DNA of 63,736 bases, the filler included, from Reclinomonas americana ATCC 50394 (Eukaryota), in assembly GCA_048213135.1 (NCBI GenBank). It is 5 parts of 2 records of this genome, joined end to end, with 100 filler letters (N's around TTAATTAATTAA, not from the genome) between each part and the next. Parts side by side here need not be neighbours in the genome. Positions count along the whole stretch, not along the records: positions 27,707 to 43,745 come from PS015142.1; positions 43,846 to 60,054 come from PS015142.1; 3 more parts are not named here. One strand, given 5' to 3'. Positions 38,105-48,694 of the stretch are shown here, in pieces; positions within the stretch are counted from its first letter, which is position 1, and each line of letters opens with the position of its first letter. The notes under the pieces are model-generated. The model saw nothing but the letters and a program-made list of their open reading frames with translations. It had not been told where the DNA came from and did not search any database. A program made the position numbers and the translations under genes.

Positions 38105-39363
38105 ATGCCTTCTTCGTCTCGCCGCCGTGGACGCGAGCATCCCGCACACGGTAGCGCCAGTTGAACACACTGTCGCGTGAATTGTCTCTTTGTGCTCATT
38201 TGATCTCTCTCTCTCTTTCTCATAGAGGATGATGATGAGTTGGCGCCTGTGCACAAGCGCGCCAAGCACGCCGTCAGCAGTGATGAGAGTGAGGATGAGG
38301 AAGCAGAGGAGAAGAGCGCGAGGAGGAGAAGAAGAAGGAGAGAGAGGGTGGTGGTGGTGACGGCGGATTCGGGAAATGGAGACGAAGAGTGTTGCGTCTC
38401 TCTCTCGTTGTGCTCGTTGCGCTCGTTGTGCTCACTTTGTGTGTGCAGCGGAAGGTGGTGCGTCGAGTGACACAGAGCCAGCAGGTGTGCGCGCGCGTTC
38501 TCTTTGCCTCTCACACGCGTTTTTTTTTCTGAGAGCACGTCGCAGACGAGACGTCGACGGATGAGGAGGTGTTGCAGAGCGATGCGGATGGTGAGTAGCT
38601 TGTGCGAGTTTTCCTTCCAGGCCTGCCTGAATGCGACTTGCACCAGGTGAGCCGACGAGTGCTTCCGATGATTCGGTGAGCTCCAGCGACGAGGCCAGTC
38701 AGTCGGACAGCGAGAGCTCGTCGGAGGATGATGCAGCGAGTGGGCGAGGAGGTGTGTGTCTATGCGGTGCGCTGGTGCGGCCTTTTTTTGTCTGACATGT
38801 TTGCAGATGAGTCGCCTGAGCCTCCGCATGAGGGCGATGACTTGCCGGCCGAGGAGGAGTCGACGGGAGTGTTTCGCTTCAACTTTGCGGCGGCAGCGGC
38901 CGAGGACAGCGACGAGGAGGAGGCTGTGCGTGCGAGGAGTTCGCGTCCATTCGTGCCTGCTGTTGCGTCGTGTCAAGGGTCGTAACATCATGTGCTGTGT
39001 GTGTCTGACCGGGTTCGTGTCTTGCGTGCAGCCACTGCCGGCTGCGGCAGGGTTCCGCTCGGCGTTCGCGACGCCTGCTGTGTTGCCGATCGGTATCGTG
39101 CCACAGAAGCTGGTGCCGCATCCGCTCTTTGTCGAGGCAGTGTCGCTGGCCGCGCTGCTGGAGCACCCAGGCAAGACGTATTACCGCACCGAGTCACTGT
39201 TGCGTCTCTCATCGCCGTCGTTCGCTGCCTCTTCATGCGGCCCCGTGCTCACTGCGTCATTGGCAGAGAGGAGCTTCGCGCTGCGTGGCATCCGATCAAG
39301 AACAGCCTGTTCCACGAGTTCAAGAAATTGTCGAAGCGATCGCACAAGGAGAAGCTGGCGTGA
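38105..39363 (+). CDS. Acidic/basic low-complexity protein; C-terminus weakly NOL8-like
   Basis: Spliced exons with D/E and R/K tracts end in YYRTESLEELRAAWHPIKNSLFHEFKKLSKRSHKEKLA-TGA. The NOL8 similarity is from memory only. Confidence 0.5.
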
Positions 39364-39418
39364 GAGGCCACCACCACCACCACCACCACACATACAAGCG
39401 CACAGAGAGTGGGAGAGA

Positions 39419-42400
39419 ATGAACGATGTCCGTATGTCCCGTGCCGCCTTTGCCAAGATATCAAGCGAGATGAGTGCTTCCGCCGCAGCCGCCCTTCCAT
39501 CGCGCTCCGCTGCTGTGCCTCGCCTCACTGGCACCGCCGACGTGGTGGTGGCCACAGGCTTGGACGGAGGCTCAGCAGTGCCGTACAAGCTCTCAGATGT
39601 GGAGATCCCAGTGCGCCACCTCCTTCTCTCCTCTCTCTCTCTCACACACACACTGACACACCAACAACGCAGGGCAATCCGTTCCAGATGGCATGCGATC
39701 GCCGCCTGCTGCGATGCACAGTGAACGCCATGCCGCGCTCGAGTGCCGCGCGTCGACAGTGGCGTCTGCCACTCTCCATCACTGTGCAGCCACTGCACCC
39801 GGCCTCGTGTGTACCCGGCTCCACATTGGTGCCGTCGGTCGCCGGCGAGGTGCCACGGTGTCGCCAGTGTCGCGCCTTTGTCAACTGCTTCACCAAGTTT
39901 GTGCGCGAGGGCAAGCAGTGGATGTGCACCTCGTGTGCGTCGCCCAACGAGGGTGCGTGCCCTGTCTGTCTGTCTGTGTGAGAGAGGGTAGTGTGCTTAT
40001 GTTGCTCGTCGCGGGCATGTGTGCAGTGCCGCCCAAGTACATGTCGCCGGTGGATGGACGCGGTCGTCGAGTCGATGTGTTGACGCGACCGGAGCTCTTG
40101 TCGGCGTGGTGCGTTGTGTGGTCTTTTGTGACGTGAAGGGTTGGTTGCTCCTGAAGCAGCGGGCTCGCAGCTTCGAGGTGGAGGCTCCGCCCGAGTTGGT
40201 CATTCGACCGCCGCCACCGCCGGCGTTCCTGCTGGTGATCGATGTGTCGCCCGAGTCTGCACGCTCAGGTGTGTTTTTTTCAAGAGAGAGAACTTGCTTG
40301 CGACTCGTCACTTACGACTGAGCCATGCACAGGGTACGCACAGCGAGTGGTCGAGTTTCTGCGCGGAGTGCTGCCGCAGGTGCTGCTGAATCCACGCACT
40401 CTGCTGACGGTGTTGACGGTCCATCCGGACAACTCGTTGCGCGTCTATCAACCGCTGCCACCGGCATCCTCGGTACGCGCGCTGGCGGCGCACGCTCTTT
40501 CATCGTGCACCTCACGTTGGTGTGTGTGCACAGAGCAAGACGCTCTTTCTGAGTGTGACCTCTGCCGAGGTGCCGCTGGTTGCGCCCTTTCACGAAATGA
40601 TGCGAGTGTCGCAGAGTGGTCTGGATCCGGAGCCGATCGGTTCGTGCCGGCGTCTCCATTCGTCCCTTTGTTGGATCACTCTTTCTCAGTTGCATGCTGG
40701 TGATCACAGTGGCGCACATGCTCGACAGCATTCTGCAGGTGATCGACGGGGAGCAGTCGGCGTCGCCCTCGTCCACCGAAATCGACAGCGAGCTGCTGTT
40801 TTACATGGTCGATCGTCTGATTGTTGAGTACCGGGAGCTGTACATGTGCGCGTGTGAGTGGTGCCTGCTGCTGCTGCTCACACTGCTGTGCAGCGACCGA
40901 TTGGTGGCTGCGCGTCGTTTTTCCTCGCTCGCCCACTGAAAGCCATTGAGTTGCGAGGCCACCAATGTTGGGTTGTGCCGGTGAGATGCTCACTAACTGT
41001 CGTGTGGTGCGCTGGGCAGTTGGCCAACCCTGGGAGTCAATCTGGCGCGCAATGGAGTCTCCTGTCACCTCTTTCTCAGTCCACACGAATCTGCTCCACC
41101 GTTGGATCCCACCACGCTCGGTGCGTGCGTGTGCGATTGTCTCTGTCCCCACAGTGGAAAACGTCGCTCACTGCGTTGCCTCGGCGGCGCGCAGAGCTGC
41201 CAGAGACCACGGCAGGTCAGACGTTTTATTTTCCGCGATTCCAGCCACTGCGCGATGCATCACGGTTGCAGCGCTGCATGATGCACACGCTCACCGGGCC
41301 ACTTGGACTGGACGGCGTCATCCGCGTGCGAGTGTCGGGTCTCGCCGTTTGTGCAGTCTACGGACCCTACCATGTGCGGTCGGGAGACGTGATTACTGCA
41401 ACCACACTCAAGCCGCATCAGGTATTGGATGTTGCATCCTGCCTCGGCCGGACTCTGCGCTCACCGATGGTTCGTTTACAATCGCAGTCGGTGACCATTG
41501 ACATTGGACACACCTCGTTGCCGCTCGAATTCCAACACGTCCACGTGCAAGTCGTGTATCTGTTTCGTAATCCTGCTCTATGTGCGGATTGTCTCTGTTG
41601 CCTCATATCCCGCGCGTGAGCTAGGTACTCGTCGGTGCAGGGACATCGGCGTGTACGCGTTCTCAATGCTCGACTGCCGATCGTGGCGCAGTCATACGAA
41701 TTATTCGATCACGTCGATGTCCACGCATGCGCCGCATCGCTGGCCAAGAGCTGTTTCGCCTCTTCCGCCTCCGTCCCTCTTTCATTTGCGCGCCGTTGTG
41801 TACAAGTACCCACATCCACATCTGCGCAGGTTCTCGCCTCCAGGACCAAGAGAACGGCCCTGAACTCGTGCAACAGCTCCTGGCCGACACTCTTCAGCAG
41901 ACGCTGCGCTTGTACTTTACACAGAAACCGGGCGTCGACAAGACCGTGCCGCGGCCACCGCCAGAACTGGCGCTCCTGCCGTTGTACATTCACGCACTCT
42001 TGCGGGTTTGTCTTGTCAGGCATGGGGTGTAGTACCTCCCCCCGTCTCCTTGTGTGTGTGTTCACATTGCGAGGGTGCACAGTCGCCACTGCTGATGCCG
42101 CATGAGCGCATGACTCCACTGGACATTCGTCTTCTCAAGCAGTTTGTTGCCGCCGCCGGTGTGGCGGACTGTGTCACGTGGCTCCATCCGCGTTTCGTCA
42201 AACTCCTTCCTGCGGTACTTGAAGATGACCACTCCGCGTTGCATCTCTGTGTCGTACTCACTGCGTCGTCTCGCCGTGCAGAGTGACGCCGAGGAGGTGA
42301 ACCGAAGCCATGATGTTGATGCTGCCAACGACAACATGTTCTCATCGGCAAGTGGTGCACAGGTGCAACTGTTGACACCTGCTCGCAGCAGTCTGGCCTC

Positions 42401-43745
42401 ATCCGCAGTCGTTCTCGTCGACGATGCCATGCAGCTGTCACTGTTTGTGGGCTCCGGGGTGCGTGAGAAATGCACACACGCACCCTCACATGTCTCGCTG
42501 ATGACCACCGTGCAGGTGAATCCGTCACAACTCAACGAGTACATCGGCGACAGCGTCGAGGAGGTGCGTACACCATGTTTGAGTGCGTGCGTGTAACAGG
42601 TGCCAACTCGACAGCGCGCAGGGTGCAGTGGAAAAGTTTGCCGGGCCATTGCGAAACGCGGTGCTGGCCGTCTTCCGACTGCGCAGCAATAGCGTAGTTG
42701 ACGAACCGCTGTCGCTGGCAAGCGTCACTGTGTGTCGGCAGGGTAGTGCGGCGTCCGACGCCATTCTCGGACGACTGACAGAGGACTCCAGTGCACCCAA
42801 CCCAGGCTACGAAGCCTTTCTCGATTCGACACTGCGCGAGTGTCGAACTGCGGTCAGCAAGGGGCTGCAGGTGCAGGCCGGCGAAGACACGTGCGTGCGC
42901 GACTCGCTTCTCGCCTTGTTTATCCTCGCGTTCTAAACTGTGGTGGTGCGCAGAGAGGCGTCGGCAGCGGACTTGGAGGAGCTGCTGCGAACGCTACTTN
43001 NNNNNNNNNNNNNNNNNNNNNNNNNNNNNNNNNNNNNNNNNNNNNNNNNNNNNNNNNNNNNNNNNNNNNNNNNNNNNNNNNNNNNNNNNNNNNNNNNNNN
43101 NNNNNNNNNNNNNNNNNNNNNNNNNNNNNNNNNNNNNNNNNNNNNNNNNNNNNNNNNNNNNNNNNNNNNNNNNNNNNNNNNNNNNNNNNNNNNNNNNNNN
43201 NNNNNNNNNNNNNNNNNNNNNNNNNNNNNNNNNNNNNNNNNNNNNNNNNNNNNNNNNNNNNNNNNNNNNNNNNNNNNNNNNNNNNNNNNNNNNNNNGCGC
43301 GTACCAAATGGGCCGACTTGCCGTCGACTCGCTACGCGTTTGTGCCAGGCACGCCGGAGCGCGATTGCATCGATGTACGTCGTCGCAAGTCGATCGTTGT
43401 AGTCGTTGAGTATTATTGCGCACTCATGCATGTGTCTGTAGAAACTGATGGAGGGAGCGGTCACGGTGGAGCGAGTGCAACTGGTGTTGACACAGTTGAT
43501 TGTTCGCCATCTCGTGGTGTGGTGCAATCGCACGGTGGCCGCGGAGCGTGACGGCATGGGAAACTCGCGTTTGCGTTTGGTCGCACGGCTCCCGTGGGAC
43601 TGTGAGAAGGACATGGAGGCGGCATACAGCGCCTCGCCCGTGCCGGTGCCACAGCTGCTCTTGGACGCTGTTGCCAGGTTATTCCCCACCGAGACCACCA
43701 TCGAGGACATGTACGCCCTCCAGGGTGAATGGCGATCGCTGACAA
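39419..43745 (+). CDS. Divergent Sec24-family COPII coat protein with C-terminal extension (3' incomplete)
   Basis: Zn finger RCRQCRAFVNCF...WMCTSCASPN, RPELL, trunk PPAFLLVIDVS, LPETTAGQTFYFPRF, GLDGVIRVRVS, GHRRVRVLN, helical PELALLPLYIHALL, gelsolin-like segment and LTED...YEAFL. The frame continues past the usual C-terminus. Confidence 0.85.
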
Positions 43746-43845
43746 NNNNNNNNNNNNNNNNNNNNNNNNNNNNNNNNNNNNNNNNNNNNTTAATTAATTA
43801 ANNNNNNNNNNNNNNNNNNNNNNNNNNNNNNNNNNNNNNNNNNNN

Positions 43846-46800
43846 TTGTGCTGTCTGCCGTATTCGAGTCGTTGCATTCGGGTCTCGATGTGCATGTTGC
43901 GTCATGTGATTTCTTGCCTCTCTCTCGCTCTCCATGTGCCGACGCGCAACGTGTGTGACAGGATGTGTGGAGCGATTTTGAGAGCCAGGGAGTTTTCAAC
44001 TTTGACAAGTGGCTGTATGTTCTCGACGCCGACGATGACGGCTACTTTTCTGCCGCTGATTTGCGTGCTCTATTGGGAGACGCTTGGCAGCTCGTCCGGG
44101 CCACGGTGGAGCCGGTGAGTTGCCTTTCCTCTTGTGCATCGTCTCACCTATCATCCAGTCACTCACCGGCGGTGAGGCAGTGGATCGGTGTCGTTGGTGC
44201 ATCAGCTGCACAGTATGCCAACGTGCTGTTGGATCGCATGGACGACACACTCGGACGGCAGCTGGATGTCATTGCAATGTTTGCCGATGGCCAGGGCCGG
44301 TGTGTTGGAAAAATGCACGTCTCGCCGCCTCCCTCGCGTCCCTCACCGTGTCATCGCAGCGGGTACTTTACCATCGAGGAAGCCTGTGCTCTCGTACCGG
44401 CCGAGTTGTACAAGAAGCTGAACGAGGGTTTCGAAGCGCACTTGCCTGCCGTCTCCAAGCTGGCAACCGCCGTCACCGATCCACAGCTCCATCTGCTGCC
44501 GCCCATTAAGAAGTTGTTCTTGGCGGCTCTTGCCGAGTGCCCCGACGGCCGCTGTCGCGTCACTGATCTCGTCGACGCCGTGGTCAAGGCGTACGCCGAG
44601 TCTGCCGACGTGCACCACCGGTTCTTCGATCAGTGGCTCAAGGTGAATCATTTTGCTTCGCCATTGGCAGTGGCGTGGTGCATTCAAGTGCTTATCTGCC
44701 TTCCGTTTCCTTGCCTCTCTTTGTAGAACAAGCACGTTGCCGAGGTGGTGTGCGCTCTGTTTGTGCAACTCGACTCCGAGTGGAAACACGTGCAGCAGGA
44801 GTGCGCCGCCGACTTCTTCCGCGCCCTCTGTGTACTCTTTGATCGAGACGAAGACGGCTCAATTAACACGGCCGATGTGGAGTCTGTCATGCGCGTGTTT
44901 GAGTTTCTCGCCGCACCCATCTCCAAGGGCGCCGACCACGTGCTACGCTTGGCCCAAGTGCTGATGGGCCTCATTCGATTCCCATCCGAGGCCGAGCAAG
45001 GCCAGCTCACACGCGGTCTGCTCAAGGACGCGGTTCTGGTGCGTCGTCTTTGTCGTTTGCTCATTGGCTTCATGGCACAACCTCACCTACATACGTAGCG
45101 CGGAGGTCGTTTCGTCCGTGATCTCTCGCGAGTCGCAACAATGGCCACGCTCAAGACCATCGAGGCGCTCTTTCGCGCGGGCGACGGCGACGGAACCGTG
45201 TTTGACGCGCTGTTCCAGGTGCTGGTTGCGCCACTGTTTATTGCGCCGCCTGCGGCCACAAAGCGCCGCTTCACGCTGCTGGATGAGACCGGTGCTGGCG
45301 GTGCTGGTGGCAGCGGTGTCGACGCACTGCTCAACATCGGGAACGCCTCGTCAATGTCGGCCCGATCGGATCGCCCGTCCGGTCGCAGCCATGTGCTGCT
45401 CGATCTTGTGCTGGCCGGTGACGACCACGCCCCGGCTGGCAAGTCCGCCTCCTCTACACTGCTCGGTGTGAGTTTCGCCGACCTCGCTGCCGATGGACAA
45501 CCTGCGCTGTCGCCAAAGCAGTCGGCGCGGTCGTCGGCGCGCTCGCCGAAAGGCCCACCGGCCGCATCGAAGCTACTGGGCGTCGGCTTTGCTGAGCTCG
45601 CAGCCGGTGAAATGCCCGACGGACAACCGCCAGTCTCGCCCAAGGAGGCGACCAGCAGTGTCTCCTCCAAGTTGTTCGCCGATCTTGTCGATGCGCAACC
45701 GTCGCCAGTGTCGCCGAAACAACCGGCAGCCATGTCGTCACTGCTGGGAGTCAGCTTCGCGTCGCTGGCAGATGGAGGCTCTGTCGCACCTTCTGGATCA
45801 TTGCTGGCCCCGGCCGACCAGTCGGAAGCGGATGGCACAAGTGCACGGGACACGATGTCGTTTGCCAGTTTTCGCAGCCACAGCAGTGACCCGTCGGATG
45901 CGGCCCTTGATACGCGACGGAGCTCTTTCCTCGACAGTTTCATGGCACCGCCGCCGCCGTCCCAGCCGCCGCCACTGGTTGGTGGCGACGTGACACTGGC
46001 AGTGCCGGTGTCGGTGGGCGACAGCGGCAGCAGTCAGCCGGCCAGTTCCATGCTGGAGGCTGTGATGGGCGCACTCTCCGAAGCCACCACCCCGTCGTCG
46101 TCCGAGAGCAGCCGCGGTGGTGGCATGTTGGACATGCTCATGGGATCGGCCGCGGCGCCGTTACCGCCTGCGCCGACACGGGGTTTGCTTGCGGCGACGC
46201 TGGAGATTGCAGAGGACGCCGACAAGCAGGTGGCTGTGATGCCGCCGTCACCAGCATCCACAAGTGCACGCAAGGGACTGCTGGCCGGCGCTCTGGAGCT
46301 GGTCGATGAGCCGCCACGTCTTGCATCGTCAAATCTGCTGTCGTCCGTGCTGGAGGTCACGGGCGACTTGCAACCGCCCGTGTCGCCGACTCGCGCCGGA
46401 GGCCTCCTGGCAGCAACACTCGAGGTGGTGGGGCCGCTGGAGGAGCCTCGCCCGGCCAGCAGGGGTGGTCTGCTGGCCGCCGCCCTCGAAGTGACTGAAG
46501 GCGGTGGCAGACCATCTGGTGGACTGCTGAGCGCCGTGTGGGAAGTTGCGGAGGCCGAACCTCCTCCACCGCCACCACCACCCACCGAGCTGCCCACGTC
46601 GTTTTCGGAGACGCTGCTGCGCGCGTTGGTTGGCATCAGCCGCGCCGTGCATGCGTTGGCCTCGCACGCCCTGTCGCAGCGTCTTGCTCAGCGTCGTCCC
46701 CGACGGCTGCTGGACGCGGTGGCCGAGTCGGAGGCTCCGTCGACGGCCGATGTCGACAAGTTGGTGCAGCAGGAGTTCGAGCACGTTCTCACCGCGGCGC

Positions 46801-46988
46801 CGGAGCTGGCGCCAGAGACCGATACAGAAAAGGAGGCTTTGCTGGCGGACATTCGTATCGGTATGCAGACATGTTTTCGTCAAGCAAATCGCCCCCCGCG
46901 CTCTCCTCACTGCCTTTTTCTTCCTACAGTGCTCATGAGCCAGTTGCGCGCCATTTACGGAGCAGACTGGACGCCTCGCGATCGGTGA
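43846..46988 (+). CDS. EF-hand-containing protein with long repetitive S/P/A-rich tail (5' incomplete)
   Basis: EF-hand-like loops LDADDDGYFSAADL and FDRDEDGSINTADV. Long exon 45141-46860 carries peptide repeats. Stop TGA at 46988. Confidence 0.7.
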
Positions 46989-47077
46989 TTACATGACCGC
47001 CGTTGCAATCCGGACGAAACGGGACGACTTGCTGGCACCTTTTTTTGATAATAGCAAGAAGGAGAGCACACGACAAC

Positions 47078-48182
47078 ATGAGCGATGCGTGGCGACCACC
47101 CACGTCACCGTCATCATCATCACAACAGCAGCAGCAGCAGCAGCAACAGCAACAACAGCAACAACAGATAGTCAGCAGCAGTAAATGCGCCAATGTCGAC
47201 TGTGAGAGAATGGTGGCGGTGTCGACACAGACGGCGTGCAATGGATGCCGACAACACGCCTGTGTGGATCACATGGTGCACGACACAGACGCGGTGGTCT
47301 CCACCATGCGTCGACAACTCAAGCTGCCAGAGGAGATGGATAGAGAGCTGCGGGCGGCAGCGCGCGCCACCTTCAAGGTGATGATGATCATGCGCAGAGA
47401 GAGAGATCATGTCGCTGTGTGCTCACACTCCTCGCCGCACACACACACAGCGATACTCACACTGCCTGGACTGTGTGAGTGATCTGGTGCGACGCACACT
47501 CGAGCGACTCAAGCAAGCGCAACAGCAGTCCTCTCGATCGTCGTCGAGCAGTGAACCACGCTGCGAGGTGTGCAGCACCATTGTGACGTGTGCACCCGGT
47601 GAGAGCGCACCTGCTCGTCGCTGCGTCATCTGCCAGCTTGGCGCCACTGGATGCACCATTCATCGCGCGGTATGTATGTGCGTGTGCATGTGACAAACTC
47701 GGCAACCATGAGCCTCATTGAGACGATATCAGGACGGCACACTCGTGCACCGGCAGCCCTTCCGAGTCCGCAACCGTTCCACCACCGACGGTTACCACCC
47801 GTTCACTCGTGACGACTGGAACTGGTTCATGCAGCAGCAGAACTACCGCTGTGCCGTGTGTCGCGCCGCAATCTCGCCCGACCACGTCGACGCCGCCGAC
47901 GACACCGGTGGCATGTGGGAGGAGCCGCTGATCGACTACAGCCGACAAGGCGACAATCTAGTACGCGGGCTGCTATGCCGCACGTGCTGTCGACGTGTGG
48001 TGGTGGAGCCACGCACGCCCGAGTTGTACACGCGCGCGGCACTGTACATGCTGCAAGACGAGGCGCAAGGCGACCGCGAAGTGGCGCGCGTGATGCTCCG
48101 CGATATCATGATGTCGGTCGACGACGATCTGCCCAATGCCGAAGCGCGCGCCTATCTGCGGGTGGCGAACTCGGGTTTCTGA
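47078..48182 (+). CDS. PolyQ + Cys-rich Zn fingers + endonuclease VII-like (His-Me finger) domain protein
   Basis: Three exons. CANVDC...CNGCRQHACVDH...HCLDC (FYVE-like spacing), CEVC...CVIC, then QQQNYRCAVC...LIDY...VRGLLCRTC, matching the endonuclease VII pattern QxxxCAIC...VDH...VRGLLCxxCN. Confidence 0.7.
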
Positions 48183-48694
48183 GATATCGAATATACAAAA
48201 TGTCAGATTGTGAACTTCTGACTGAAGCCTGCATTCAACACTGTGCTAAGGCACTGCTTGTTCCGAGTCTTCGCCGCCACACAGCTGGTGCTGTGTTGTG
48301 GCAACGAAGATTATCCTTGCATCAACAAAAAAATTACATCCAAACAGCAACACATATGTACCAGCCAGAACGTACTCCACATGCAGCTCATAATCTTCGG
48401 GCAACTTTCAACTTCTGTGGGGTTGGAGGCTTCACGACCGGGGACCGCTGAGAATGCAATAAAGTCCTTTTCGATATTCCTGACAGTTTCTGAGCGGCTC
48501 GCGCGCGTTATTCACGACTCATTCAAACGCGTGAGTGTGAGCGAGAGAGAAGAGAAGGTGAGCGCGCACGCGTCTTGCCTCCTCCCTCTGTGTGCTCGCT
48601 CACTCGCTCTCTCTCTCTCTCTCTGCGTGTGCTCATTCTTCCGTTTTTGCATTTCTCCTCTCATTGCACACACAGAGAGTGAGAAAGAGTCCCA

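Noticed and set aside
45083-46910. Long antisense ORFs opposite real exons (also 8431-9381, 53944-54855)
   Set aside because: Expected shadows of GC-rich coding sequence with no recognisable motifs.
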